The translations under genes were made by a program, and so were the position numbers. Source: a virus (Duplodnaviria > Caudoviricetes). Taken from it: a stretch of 62,123 bases of DNA. This document shows, in pieces, positions 47,606 to 57,472 of the stretch. How positions within the stretch are numbered: position 1 is the stretch's first letter; each line of letters starts with the position of its first letter. The notes beneath the pieces are model-generated. The model worked only from the letters and a program-made list of their open reading frames with translations. It ran no database searches and was not told the origin of the DNA. The stretch lies in the IMG/VR virus record IMGVR_UViG_3300020190_004289, positions 1-62,123 of that record; one strand, written 5' to 3'.

Positions 47606-49465
47606 ATGCCATTAGGTTCGAACGTACAAATAAGTTTTTCACAATTACAGTCTGAATTTGGCGGAACGGGTGAAATCCGTTTAAGCGATTATACATCTAC
47701 TTTTGCTTATGATACTCTGGATGTATTTATACTTAATGCTGGTAACGTTACCCCCCATGGTGATTCTAGTTTTATTCCCCATAAAGGTATTGGTAAATTT
47801 GTTGGAGGGTATCCAACATTAAGACCTACATCATATAATGTTAATAGAGCTATGGATCCAATCACTGTTTTTTCGGGTATGAACCTTAAATTTAGAGTGC
47901 GTACGATATTTACTGGATCTACCATTAATCCATACAATTATTCACCAAATAATAGAATTTATTTAAGTTCTACACCTTATAAAGGAAATGTCGATCTATT
48001 AACTACTGGAGTAACTGGTAACCCGGGTAATGGAATTAAAAATGCTTTTGAATATATGGTTTTAGATACATCCTCTTATATTCCTAACGACTTTCCATAT
48101 GATCCATCTAATGTTGCTACAGTTAGTGCATGGTTAAAGACCGAGGCAAATAGTAATATATTCACATCTGACCTCAATCAGTCTAATATACATTTACAAA
48201 GAACTCCAGAAAATGCTATTCCAATAAAAATAATTTCTAGACCTTCAGTACAAAGAGTTAGGATGTTTTCAGATTATGTTGATATTACATGGCCTTCTAA
48301 TCTTATTTCGGGAAGTGATGTAATAAAATTAAATTCTGGAGGATTTGATATCTGGAAACAATATTATGGTTTTTTTTCTGGAAGAGCTGTTAGAATAGGT
48401 CAAAATATAACATTTAAAGTAAATGTATCTGCTTTACCATCAGTTTATTCAACTGGTACCTACTTAGGAATTTATTTTCCGATATTTCCTATAACTTCAT
48501 ACAGTACCTTTGGTTCAACAGCTGGTATTATTGACGGTGCACCATTCTTAAGTTTAGGAACCGGCCGTTCTTTGGGATGGTTTAGTAGCAACGGACCGAT
48601 AGTTTCTTTCATAGGTGGAAGTGGTTTATCAAATACAGCAGAAAATGTTGCACAGTGTTTAGCGGATGCTATTGGGACATCTCCTAGAGCTGCTGATTAT
48701 GAAGGTATAACTGGGTTAACAGCTTCTGCATCTAGAAGTGGTAACACCTTAACCGTAACTTTATATAATAATACCTCTGATAATTTGTATTTCAATTATT
48801 ATGCTGGTGCTACTGACAATAGTGGAAGCTTTCTGGTAGGATACTACAATTCTGCCCTTGTATTTTCTTATTCAAATGATACGTCTGGGTGGAGTAGCGT
48901 AGGACAGTCAACGGTCTTTGGTGCTAATTTAGTTTGCTATGTTGATATATTACAAGGTAATATTATTTTTTCCCAAGCCTCCTTTATATGCCCCGCTCAA
49001 TCTAATGTATATACGTTAAGTACGAATTTATTAAATAGATTTAAAAATAGATTTTACAGTAAAGCACCTGCAGGGCCCTACGAAAGTCAATATGGGTATC
49101 AAAGTTTAACAAATGGTATTAGAATAATTTCTGGAATAAATTATGATGAAACATTTAGCAATGTTTTTTATTATGGTGCTGACTCCATAAATAATTTTTT
49201 TTCTGAATCTGCCCCATTTGACTCAAAAAAAGTTTCTTTAACAGGAAACTATCTTACTCCTGGTCCGGGATCTTCCAATTTTAATCCTAACATTACTAAT
49301 TTTAGTAATAATAATTTTTATATAGATACTCGTACCTTAAGTGACTATACTGGTCTACCGATTACTTCCACACAAAACTATAACCACTACGTAAAGCAAT
49401 TAAAAAAAGATATGAGTCTAAGTGATTATTGGAATGGTTATGGCAATGTTGCTTTGGGACTATAA
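47606..49465 (+). CDS. Putative fibre-tip/adhesin protein
   Basis: N-terminal ISFSQLQSEFGG..IRLSDY motif, typical of genes following S74 fibres; the rest is unrecognised. Confidence 0.6.
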   Translation: MPLGSNVQISFSQLQSEFGGTGEIRLSDYTSTFAYDTLDVFILNAGNVTPHGDSSFIPHKGIGKFVGGYPTLRPTSYNVNRAMDPITVFSGMNLKFRVRTIFTGSTINPYNYSPNNRIYLSSTPYKGNVDLLTTGVTGNPGNGIKNAFEYMVLDTSSYIPNDFPYDPSNVATVSAWLKTEANSNIFTSDLNQSNIHLQRTPENAIPIKIISRPSVQRVRMFSDYVDITWPSNLISGSDVIKLNSGGFDIWKQYYGFFSGRAVRIGQNITFKVNVSALPSVYSTGTYLGIYFPIFPITSYSTFGSTAGIIDGAPFLSLGTGRSLGWFSSNGPIVSFIGGSGLSNTAENVAQCLADAIGTSPRAADYEGITGLTASASRSGNTLTVTLYNNTSDNLYFNYYAGATDNSGSFLVGYYNSALVFSYSNDTSGWSSVGQSTVFGANLVCYVDILQGNIIFSQASFICPAQSNVYTLSTNLLNRFKNRFYSKAPAGPYESQYGYQSLTNGIRIISGINYDETFSNVFYYGADSINNFFSESAPFDSKKVSLTGNYLTPGPGSSNFNPNITNFSNNNFYIDTRTLSDYTGLPITSTQNYNHYVKQLKKDMSLSDYWNGYGNVALGL

Positions 49466-49474
49466 AAATATAAA

Positions 49475-49481
49475 ATAAATA
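49475..49481 (+). promoter_or_regulatory. Late promoter
   Basis: Intergenic ATAAATA. Confidence 0.6.
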
Positions 49482-49505
49482 TAAGATTATTAAAGAAAAA
49501 ATTTA

Positions 49506-49985
49506 ATGCCTATAAATTTTCCTATCAATCCAAGTATTGGTACCACCTATTCCTATAGTGGAAAAACTTGGGTGTACACCGGCAATGCTTGGGAAATACA
49601 GATAGTAGCTCTGACTACCTCTGGAGTCCCAGAAGGTAATAACCTATATTTTACCAACACTAGAGTAGTTACTACTATTTCTAGTGAAACGCTTAATAAT
49701 GCAACGTTTACTGGCAATGTTGTAGCCGGTAATATAAATATAAACGGGGTTATTACTGGCAATGGTAATGGATTAGTTAATATTCCATATGGTTCTATTG
49801 TTGGATTAACTACAGAAAATGTTATTGAAGTTTTAAATTTATATTATACAAACACAAGGGCTAGGGCTGCTTTTTCGGCTGGCACTGGTCTTTCTTACAA
49901 CGTCGAAATAGGCCGTTTCAGTCTTTCCGGAGGAGGCGGCGGTGGTGCAGGCTTTGAAGATATTTTAATTTACTCTCAACCTTAA
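49506..49985 (+). CDS. Short fibre-like structural protein
   Basis: INFP..P..G..Y....TW.Y.G.AW N-terminus and NLYxTN repeats. Confidence 0.75.
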   Translation: MPINFPINPSIGTTYSYSGKTWVYTGNAWEIQIVALTTSGVPEGNNLYFTNTRVVTTISSETLNNATFTGNVVAGNININGVITGNGNGLVNIPYGSIVGLTTENVIEVLNLYYTNTRARAAFSAGTGLSYNVEIGRFSLSGGGGGGAGFEDILIYSQP

Positions 49986-50315
49986 ATGGCAACCTTATCT
50001 AGTAACGTTTATAGCAATATTGGTACAACACCAGTAGAAGTTGTTTATGCTGACGGTGGTAAAAATATTACCATTTTAGGTTTAAATATATGTAATAAGT
50101 CAGGATCCCCAGTATCTGTTGATGGATATTACGATCGTTCTGGTAATGTCTTCTACATATTTAAATCTCTCTACATTGATGCAGAAACTACGGTAGTTGC
50201 TATTGGTGATAATCAAAGGCTTATACTTAAGCCTCTTACACAGCTTATGATTGTTTCAAGTGCTAATTCAGCGATAGATGTTGTTGCTAGTATTGCGGAG
50301 ACTTATCTAAATTGA
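49986..50315 (+). CDS. Small virion structural protein
   Basis: ILGLNICN...AIDVVASIAE beta-sandwich type. Confidence 0.7.
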   Translation: MATLSSNVYSNIGTTPVEVVYADGGKNITILGLNICNKSGSPVSVDGYYDRSGNVFYIFKSLYIDAETTVVAIGDNQRLILKPLTQLMIVSSANSAIDVVASIAETYLN

Positions 50316-51070
50316 CCACTACAATTGGAAATAAATTAGCAAGCTCTTTTTACGGGCTTGACACTACTGCTCAATTAACCATGCACGCATTTAGACGTGA
50401 TGGCGATGGCAATTTAATTTATTCAAAGGTAAATATCTCAAGCAATGAGACTGCAAATCTAACGAACGGACAAGGTCCCGCTTATGAGGGTATGGAAGAG
50501 TTTGTAACTGGAGTTACAGCTTCAGGAGTAGTTCATAATTCTATTCCAGTTGGGGTCAATGAGATTGGAAGAAAAGCTTTTTTAGGACAAATATATTCCG
50601 TAAAAATTATTAACCCATCTACTAATCCAAAATTTCTTTTAAATGATCAAATACTAAACGAGATAGATGTAGTTACTGGAGCAAAATTTACTTTTGTTAC
50701 TGATGATCCATCTACTCAAGGATTTCCAATTTATATTTCTTCAATAGCGCAGGGAAATAATTATACATACGAGTATTTGTCGGGTGTAGAAAATTCACGC
50801 AGTTCTTATGGTGGTACGCAAGGAGATATTAGATCTAATACAACAGAGCCTTTAATGTTTACTGTACCTGAAAATGCACCATCAGTTTTATATCTAGCTA
50901 GCGGCAATCACAACAATGTGTTTATTACACTGCATGTAAATCGTCTTCCTCATTCTAACTTAAAAAACCGTTATTATGGGCAAGTTAAATTTGATGACAC
51001 AAGAGTGACTTATTTTTTAAATAATGATGGCTATCTAGTAGCAAGATATAATCAAAACTATGATTACTAA
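50312..51070 (+). CDS. Structural protein with degenerate cupredoxin-like domain
   Basis: FPIYIS and FTVPENAPSVLY lack the Cys/Met ligands; C-terminal YFLNNDGYLVAR. Confidence 0.65.
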   Translation: MTTTIGNKLASSFYGLDTTAQLTMHAFRRDGDGNLIYSKVNISSNETANLTNGQGPAYEGMEEFVTGVTASGVVHNSIPVGVNEIGRKAFLGQIYSVKIINPSTNPKFLLNDQILNEIDVVTGAKFTFVTDDPSTQGFPIYISSIAQGNNYTYEYLSGVENSRSSYGGTQGDIRSNTTEPLMFTVPENAPSVLYLASGNHNNVFITLHVNRLPHSNLKNRYYGQVKFDDTRVTYFLNNDGYLVARYNQNYDY

Positions 51071-51089
51071 TTTCCAACATAAAAATAAT

Positions 51090-51097
51090 TATAAATA
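51090..51097 (+). promoter_or_regulatory. T4 late promoter
   Basis: Exact TATAAATA. Confidence 0.8.
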
Positions 51098-51121
51098 TAG
51101 CAGATTATTTGGAGCACAATA

Positions 51122-54052
51122 ATGCCGGATTTTGTACTAGGTAGATTAAAATTTACTTTTAAAGGCCAGTGGCAATCAAACACTGGTTATGTTGCTGATG
51201 ATATTGTTAGATATGGCGGAAGAAGCTATGTCTGTAAAATAAACCACACTTCTTCCCCTGGCAATGGCTTCTATACTGATAATGCTTATGCTAGATGGGA
51301 TATTGTTTCCTCTGGCACAGACTGGAAAGGCGATTGGCAAACTAGCACCTACTACAAAATTGACGATGTTGTTCGCTACGGTGGTACTGTATATGTTGCC
51401 AACACAGGCCATTTATCTAACGCTACCACAGCTTTTGGCTTAGAGCCGGATTATGATAAATGGGTTACTTACAGTGCAAGTCCTTTTTTCGTTGGGAATT
51501 GGTCTGCTAACGTTCGCTATAGAGTAGAAGACGTATTTAAATTTGGTTCCGGTCTTTATCGTGTAACAATTCCTCACTTTTCAAACGCTAATACCTCTTC
51601 CAACGTAACCACCTTCAATACTCACCAAGGTAACGTTTCTATTTTTGTTCCTGGTTTAGAGTTTGAAGATACTTATAATAATGCCACCCAATATCAAACT
51701 GGTGACATCGTTCGTTACGGTGGTTATAACTTCATCGCTATAGATGAGACAGAGGGCAATTTACCAACTGATACAACTTATTGGAGAGTTTTATCTACTG
51801 GCTTTAAACATAGAGGTGATTATAATAACTCTACCGTCTACGAGCCAGGTGATGTTGTAAGATATGGCGCCTCAAGTTATGTCGCCAAGCTTGATTCTAC
51901 TGGTAATCTTCCAACCAACGCCACCTACTGGGATCTTTTAACCAGGGGTCAGATGTGGAAGGATTACTATGCTGCCAACGTAGCTTATAAGCCTGGTGAT
52001 ATCGTTCGCTATGGTGGATTTATCTACGTAGCAAACGTCGATACAGCTGGTAATGCTCCTTCCAATAACACTTTTTGGGATTTGCAACAAACTGGAATTA
52101 GATGGAATAATATTTGGGATTCAAATACCACCTACCAGTTAGGTGATGCTGTAAATTATTCTAATAGTGCATACATTAGTATTGTTTCTGATAATGCCAA
52201 TATTATTCCAGGAGATCCCGGAAGTGAGGTAAGCTGGAGTTTAGCTGCTCAAGGTTCTCAAGATACCTTTACAACTACTTTAGGTGATATAGCATATCGT
52301 GGTAATGTAGGTATGACTCGTCTAGGAATAGGCGCCGTAGGTCAAGTACTTACATCAGACGGTTCTATTCCTTATTGGAAGACTAATTCCAATACCGGTA
52401 ATGTTTATTATGTTGCACCTGAAGGTGTAGACTCAGCTGGATACGGCACTTCATTACACGCTCCATTTGCCTCTATAAAGTATGCTACTCAGCAGGCTGA
52501 CAATAATGCTACCATCTTTGTTAAGTCGGGAGAATATTACGAACAGCTTCCCATTACCGTTAAGTCCAACATGGCTATTGTTGGAGACAATCAACGTACG
52601 GTAATTATTAATCCTAAAGCAGGTTTGAGTGATGATGGTTCAAATACCAACGCTCAATCCACAATGTTCTTAATGTCTGATGGCGCTATTATTAACAAAG
52701 TTACCATGAGGGGCATGACAGGATGGACAGCAAATAATCAAAATGAACAGAACTTAACCTCCACCACACCTAGAGGTGTATTTGTAAGACTCAATCCTGC
52801 TACTCCTATTATTCATAAGAGTCCTTATATTTTAGAAGCTGCAGCCTTTGGTACAGGTGCAATTGGTGCTTTAGTTGATGGATCTGTGCACGGTGCTCTT
52901 GGAAATAAATCAATGGTGTTTCACGGATATACTGTGATTTCTAGTGATGGTATAGGTTACTGGATTAAAGATGGTGGTAGAGCGGAGATTGTATCTTGCT
53001 TTACATATTATTGTAAATTTGGATATGCTACCACTGGTGGTGGTATTATTCGAGCACTAAACGGAAACAACTCTTACGGTAAGTACGGTGTTTACTCTCA
53101 AGGTTTTTTAACCACAGAACAACCAGTAACCGGTAATGTGTATGGGGATTTAATTTCAGGTACATTTACAAACGGTACTTTTGCAGCTGGTAACTTACTT
53201 ACCGGTAATACTACCGGCGCTACAGCTATTATCACCAATCCTCAGATTTCTTCTAATAAACTATACATTAAGTATCTTACTGGATTAAGATTCCAAAATA
53301 ATGAGGATATTAATTCAAATGCAGGTGGTACAGGCAATTTAACTAGCAACGGAAACGTAGCTGGGCAAAATGGCTTTACATTAATGGCCAATGCGTTTAG
53401 TTCTGAGCCTGCACCTGGTAGGTCAATACAATTTAGTGATGATCCAACAAACGCCTATGTTATTCAAAGCGTTTCAGGTACTTTTCTTGGTGCAAACAGT
53501 GTAATGACTATAGTCCTTACACAGGATAAAGCTCTTAGATCATTAGACAACGCTGGATTAATTCTACGTAGAGACTACAGTCAAGCTAGACTTACTGGCC
53601 ATGACTTCTTAAATGTTGGTACAGGAAACGTTATAACTACTAACTACCCCGGTGCCCCCACAACACCTCCTGCCCAGGGTAATGAGGTTGTAGAAGATTT
53701 TCCCGGTCGTGTGTTTTATATTTCGTCAGATCAAGATGGTAACTTCCGTGTGGGGGATTATTTTAGAATTGATCAGGCTACCGGTACAGCAACATTAAAT
53801 GCTTCAGCTTTTAACTTAGCCGGTCTTACATCTTTAAGATTAGGTTCCATTGGTGCTCAGTTAGGTGAGACGATTAACGAGTTCTCTTCTGATGCGACAA
53901 TGGGTGGTAATTCAAACGCTGCTGTACCTACCGAGTATGCTGTTAAGACATATGTAGACAATGGGGATGCAAATGTATTATCGACTGTTAATGCAACTCT
54001 CGCTGGTGGTATATTAAACAGAAGAGATGGATTCTTTTTGGGTGCAATGTAA
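51122..54052 (+). CDS. Tail fibre with seven CBM5/12-like repeats and a beta-helix-like domain
   Basis: Seven (W/Y)-x5-Y-x2-(G/D/E)D-x-V-x-YG-type units, then VYYVAPEG...PFASIKYA...GEYYE, and the C-terminal RLTGHDFL...DQDGNFRVG. Confidence 0.8.
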   Translation: MPDFVLGRLKFTFKGQWQSNTGYVADDIVRYGGRSYVCKINHTSSPGNGFYTDNAYARWDIVSSGTDWKGDWQTSTYYKIDDVVRYGGTVYVANTGHLSNATTAFGLEPDYDKWVTYSASPFFVGNWSANVRYRVEDVFKFGSGLYRVTIPHFSNANTSSNVTTFNTHQGNVSIFVPGLEFEDTYNNATQYQTGDIVRYGGYNFIAIDETEGNLPTDTTYWRVLSTGFKHRGDYNNSTVYEPGDVVRYGASSYVAKLDSTGNLPTNATYWDLLTRGQMWKDYYAANVAYKPGDIVRYGGFIYVANVDTAGNAPSNNTFWDLQQTGIRWNNIWDSNTTYQLGDAVNYSNSAYISIVSDNANIIPGDPGSEVSWSLAAQGSQDTFTTTLGDIAYRGNVGMTRLGIGAVGQVLTSDGSIPYWKTNSNTGNVYYVAPEGVDSAGYGTSLHAPFASIKYATQQADNNATIFVKSGEYYEQLPITVKSNMAIVGDNQRTVIINPKAGLSDDGSNTNAQSTMFLMSDGAIINKVTMRGMTGWTANNQNEQNLTSTTPRGVFVRLNPATPIIHKSPYILEAAAFGTGAIGALVDGSVHGALGNKSMVFHGYTVISSDGIGYWIKDGGRAEIVSCFTYYCKFGYATTGGGIIRALNGNNSYGKYGVYSQGFLTTEQPVTGNVYGDLISGTFTNGTFAAGNLLTGNTTGATAIITNPQISSNKLYIKYLTGLRFQNNEDINSNAGGTGNLTSNGNVAGQNGFTLMANAFSSEPAPGRSIQFSDDPTNAYVIQSVSGTFLGANSVMTIVLTQDKALRSLDNAGLILRRDYSQARLTGHDFLNVGTGNVITTNYPGAPTTPPAQGNEVVEDFPGRVFYISSDQDGNFRVGDYFRIDQATGTATLNASAFNLAGLTSLRLGSIGAQLGETINEFSSDATMGGNSNAAVPTEYAVKTYVDNGDANVLSTVNATLAGGILNRRDGFFLGAM

Positions 54053-54055
54053 TAA

Positions 54056-54063
54056 TATAAATA
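54056..54063 (+). promoter_or_regulatory. T4 late promoter heading the Cys-rich cassette
   Basis: Exact TATAAATA. Confidence 0.8.
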
Positions 54064-54088
54064 TTAAGAACAAAACACAGGAAATAAA

Positions 54089-54424
54089 ATGACTACTGGA
54101 ATTTATGGAAAAGTTAACTTAGCAGCTGCAACAGATACTATTTTAGTTGGTAATACGTCAGTAGATACTGGTAAAACGGCTGTAATTACTATCAACTTTG
54201 TAAATACAAATGCATCTACTAACACAGCTCTTCGAATAGCACTTACTACAGCCAATGCTGCTGGTAACATAGAAGCTGGAGATTTTATTGAATATGATAC
54301 TCCTTTGGGAGGATTAGGTGTTTTGGAAAGAACTGGTATAGTTGTACCAGCCGGTGTTAGTATTAGTGTAAGATCTAGTGCTGCAAACGTGAACGCAATA
54401 GCCTATGGTATAGAGAGCGTATAA
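54089..54424 (+). CDS. Small virion structural (adaptor-like) protein
   Basis: FIEYD...GVLERTGIV...NAIAYGIE. Confidence 0.75.
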   Translation: MTTGIYGKVNLAAATDTILVGNTSVDTGKTAVITINFVNTNASTNTALRIALTTANAAGNIEAGDFIEYDTPLGGLGVLERTGIVVPAGVSISVRSSAANVNAIAYGIESV

Positions 54425-55158
54425 TGCCAATCTCAATGTTTTATGACACGACAGGTTCAAATATCATTCCTCACACTTGCTCATATACTGTTCCTGCAGG
54501 AGTTGTTTCAATAACATTTGAAATTTGGGGTGGTGGAGGAGGTTCTGGTCAAGGTTTTTGCGAATGCGATTGTAGACTTCGAACCGGCGGAGGAGCTGGT
54601 GGTGGATATAGTATGATAACTATTCCTGTCACAGCAGGAGATGTCTATACCATGAATATTGGTAATGGTGGTGTTTCATCAGGCGGTTATGGTGGACCAT
54701 CAAACAATAATGGCACCGGCAGAGGATGTTGTGGTGGTACCACATTTATTACAGGCACTGGACTTACAAACTTTTGTGCTGAAGGCGGCGGCGGTGGTTG
54801 TGCAAATATAACATTAGTATGTTATGGCTGTGCATGTTGGTATGATGGAGGTGGCAATGCTTACGGTGGCACAATAAACCAAAAAGGTGGTCCAGCAAGA
54901 CGAGGGAGTATTGGTGGTGGTAGCTGCTGGAATCACTATTCATTGGGTGGCGATGCAGCTGGTCCCGGTGGTGGTAGGGGTGGTTGGAATATGACTCCCC
55001 ATAGCTCTTATGGGTGTGGTAGTAGAGACAGCAATCCTCTTATGGATGGTGTGTTACCTGGTGGAGGTGGAGCTGGACATGGGTGTTCTAATCAGTGTAA
55101 CTGTTGTAATTTCGGTGGTGGAAGAGGCGCGTCAGGATTAATTAAGGTAACGTGGTAA
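54424..55158 (+). CDS. Cys/Gly-rich fibre-tip protein 1
   Basis: TVPAGV..ITFEIWGGGG, polyglycine tracts and G.G..GLIKVTW; 17 Cys in 244 aa by manual count. Confidence 0.8.
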   Translation: MPISMFYDTTGSNIIPHTCSYTVPAGVVSITFEIWGGGGGSGQGFCECDCRLRTGGGAGGGYSMITIPVTAGDVYTMNIGNGGVSSGGYGGPSNNNGTGRGCCGGTTFITGTGLTNFCAEGGGGGCANITLVCYGCACWYDGGGNAYGGTINQKGGPARRGSIGGGSCWNHYSLGGDAAGPGGGRGGWNMTPHSSYGCGSRDSNPLMDGVLPGGGGAGHGCSNQCNCCNFGGGRGASGLIKVTW

Positions 55159-55161
55159 AAA

Positions 55162-55437
55162 ATGACAACTACTTATAGAGATTTTTTAAAACAAGTTAGA
55201 AATAATATGCTGGTAGAAACAGATGCCCGCTTAGCTAATGTTGTTGATCCCGTTGAAATTGCAAGATGGGAATTATATCGTCAACAATTAAGAACATTTT
55301 TTGATGATAAGCCCGAGGGGTATGACTTTTTAAATTTTTCATGGCCTGATAATCCCGATAATATCGATTCGCTTAAAGAAAAAGCAAGAGAGGGTGATAC
55401 AGAGGCTATAGAAATACTAAAAAGGAAGGGTTTATAA
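55162..55437 (+). CDS. Tail-fibre assembly chaperone-like protein 1
   Basis: RNNMLVETD...W..YRQQLR...WPDNP. Confidence 0.8.
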   Translation: MTTTYRDFLKQVRNNMLVETDARLANVVDPVEIARWELYRQQLRTFFDDKPEGYDFLNFSWPDNPDNIDSLKEKAREGDTEAIEILKRKGL

Positions 55438-56204
55438 TGCCGCGCTATATCTACGGAGGTGTTTGTGTAGGGGCCACGGTAGGGTCTATGAGACAATACA
55501 TTACCACTCGCTCCGTCCTTGGCCAAGATAATCACTCCACTGCTTGTACGTCTTGGACAGTTCCAGCTGGAGTTACATGTGTAACCTTTGAATTATGGGG
55601 AGGTGGCGGAGCGGGTACTCCCACATGCTGTTGTATGTGTTTTAATGGTCCTCCGGGAGATGGAGGCGCCTATTCAATGAAAACACTAGCTGTCACTCCG
55701 GGCGATTCGTATACAGTCTGCGTAGGGTGTGGTGGGTGTGGTAATGCTTGCTGGTTTAATGGTAATGCTTGTGGATGTCAAGGAAGAAAAACGTTTATCA
55801 CAGGCACTGGACTTTCAAACTTTTGCGCTGAAGGTGGACAGGGTGGAATATGGTGTAATGCTTCTCCCTGTAATATGTATACCATAGCAAACAGTACTCG
55901 TGCTCAGGCTTATGGGGGAGATATAAATTTACCCGGTACTCCAGGTCAAACCTTTGGGTGTGGTTGGTATCCGGGCTCAAGCAATTGTAGTATTGCTCTC
56001 ACTGGAAGCGCTCCGTTTGGTGGTGGTTATCAGCCTACAATGATGGGTGTAGGCCAATGTCAAGTTCCAAGTTCGTGTGGAGTGACTGGAATATTTCCTG
56101 GAGGAGGCGGTGGTCCAAGAGCTATGATGTCTACATCAATGTGTGACTGCTGTGCAATGTGTGCTGGTGCAGGCTCAGATGGTCTAATAATTATTACAAC
56201 GTAA
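55437..56204 (+). CDS. Cys/Gly-rich fibre-tip protein 2
   Basis: WTVPAGVTCVTFELWGGGGAG..CCCMC; 24 Cys in 255 aa by manual count. Confidence 0.8.
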   Translation: MPRYIYGGVCVGATVGSMRQYITTRSVLGQDNHSTACTSWTVPAGVTCVTFELWGGGGAGTPTCCCMCFNGPPGDGGAYSMKTLAVTPGDSYTVCVGCGGCGNACWFNGNACGCQGRKTFITGTGLSNFCAEGGQGGIWCNASPCNMYTIANSTRAQAYGGDINLPGTPGQTFGCGWYPGSSNCSIALTGSAPFGGGYQPTMMGVGQCQVPSSCGVTGIFPGGGGGPRAMMSTSMCDCCAMCAGAGSDGLIIITT

Positions 56205-56215
56205 TCGGATAAAAA

Positions 56216-56620
56216 ATGAAATATATAGTAATAAAAAAAGATACTGGTAAAATATATGATAATTTTATGTACGAGAATACGTCTGTTCCAATTAACGAAG
56301 AGCAACTTGCTTATGTGCCTTTAACTTCCGAAATGGAAGAAGCGTTAACAAACCACGAAAAAGTTATAGATTATAATCAAACAAAGTTTTTAAATGGCTC
56401 TTGGCAAACAGTATTAGTTGTACCAGAAAAAAACAATATATTAGCAGATAGAACGAGAGATAAAGCTGCTTTTCTCGCAGAAGCTAATAGAAAATTACTT
56501 ATTCCAGATGCATCACCAACTTTTAAATCGCTTGTTCAAAATTATATAGATGAACTGAATGCAATTATACCAACAAACGATGAATTTCAAGGCATTGTCT
56601 GGCCAGTAAAGCCCTGGTAA
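56216..56620 (+). CDS. Tail-fibre assembly chaperone-like protein 2 (Tfa-type)
   Basis: R....LAEA...YIDELNAI...IVWPVKP C-terminus. Confidence 0.7.
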   Translation: MKYIVIKKDTGKIYDNFMYENTSVPINEEQLAYVPLTSEMEEALTNHEKVIDYNQTKFLNGSWQTVLVVPEKNNILADRTRDKAAFLAEANRKLLIPDASPTFKSLVQNYIDELNAIIPTNDEFQGIVWPVKPW

Positions 56621-56630
56621 GGAAAAAAAT

Positions 56631-57461
56631 ATGGCAAGGTTTACTTCAGAAGCTTTAACTAAATCGATAAGTAGTAGAGGAAGCAGAAGCAATGTAATTA
56701 CTAATGCTACTTGTACGTTCACCGTTCCATCAGGCGTATCATGTATATCATTCGAATTGTGGGGTGCAGGAGGTTCGGGTGGTGCAAGATGTTGTTGTGA
56801 TTGTTATCATCAGGGTGCAGGCGGAGCAGCTGCTGGATATGCAGCTATGACTATTCCTACTTCTGCTGGAACTAATTATTCGATACAGGTAGGTAGAAAT
56901 CAACATAGAGAAACTTATGGGTGTTCTCATCCTTTATGTTGTGGGGATGGGGGTCAATGTACTTGTGTAACTGGAACAAACATAACATGTCTCAATGCTG
57001 GGTGTGGAATGACAGGAAATAATGACTGTCTCACATACTGCAATTGTAGTAACTGTTGCTTTGGTCATGCACCTTCTCATACAAGTGGAGCAACGACTTC
57101 ATCAACAGCATTTTCGGCTGCGAGTAATAGAGGTTCAATACACAACTGGATAGATAATGGTGGATTTCAAGGAACTTCCTGTAGAAATTCAGGTGGTTAT
57201 GTGGGAATGGGTACAGACTCTCAAGCTTGGGGTCAAACTTACGTAACATCAGCTGGTGGACCTCCTTTCAGACACGGTATATTTGAACAATCTTTAAATT
57301 GTAAGACCTATTATTATAATTTTAGTGCTTACCCATCTGGATCTGGAGGTACACATTGCCAGTGGTTTGGTACTGCAGGTGTAGGTACTATTGCGGAAAC
57401 ATGTTGCATGTGTGCATATGCTCCAACAGGTCAGCATGGTGTAGTAATCGTTAGATATTAA
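56631..57461 (+). CDS. Cys/Gly-rich fibre-tip protein 3
   Basis: FTVPSGVSCISFELWGAGGSG..CCCDC and G..GVVIVRY; 24 Cys in 276 aa by manual count. Confidence 0.8.
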   Translation: MARFTSEALTKSISSRGSRSNVITNATCTFTVPSGVSCISFELWGAGGSGGARCCCDCYHQGAGGAAAGYAAMTIPTSAGTNYSIQVGRNQHRETYGCSHPLCCGDGGQCTCVTGTNITCLNAGCGMTGNNDCLTYCNCSNCCFGHAPSHTSGATTSSTAFSAASNRGSIHNWIDNGGFQGTSCRNSGGYVGMGTDSQAWGQTYVTSAGGPPFRHGIFEQSLNCKTYYYNFSAYPSGSGGTHCQWFGTAGVGTIAETCCMCAYAPTGQHGVVIVRY

Positions 57462-57472
57462 TTGGATAAAAA

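Noticed and set aside
92-57249. Numerous 60-110 aa ORFs nested in or antisense to long genes (for example 1694-1987, 18661-18987, 43246-43545)
   Set aside because: They overlap well-supported CDSs and lack SD sequences or recognisable motifs.
54424-57461. Diversity-generating retroelement or invertase shufflon acting on the tip genes
   Set aside because: There is no reverse transcriptase or recombinase in the window, no non-coding template repeat or inverted sites were seen, and the mismatches in the shared box are not adenine-specific.
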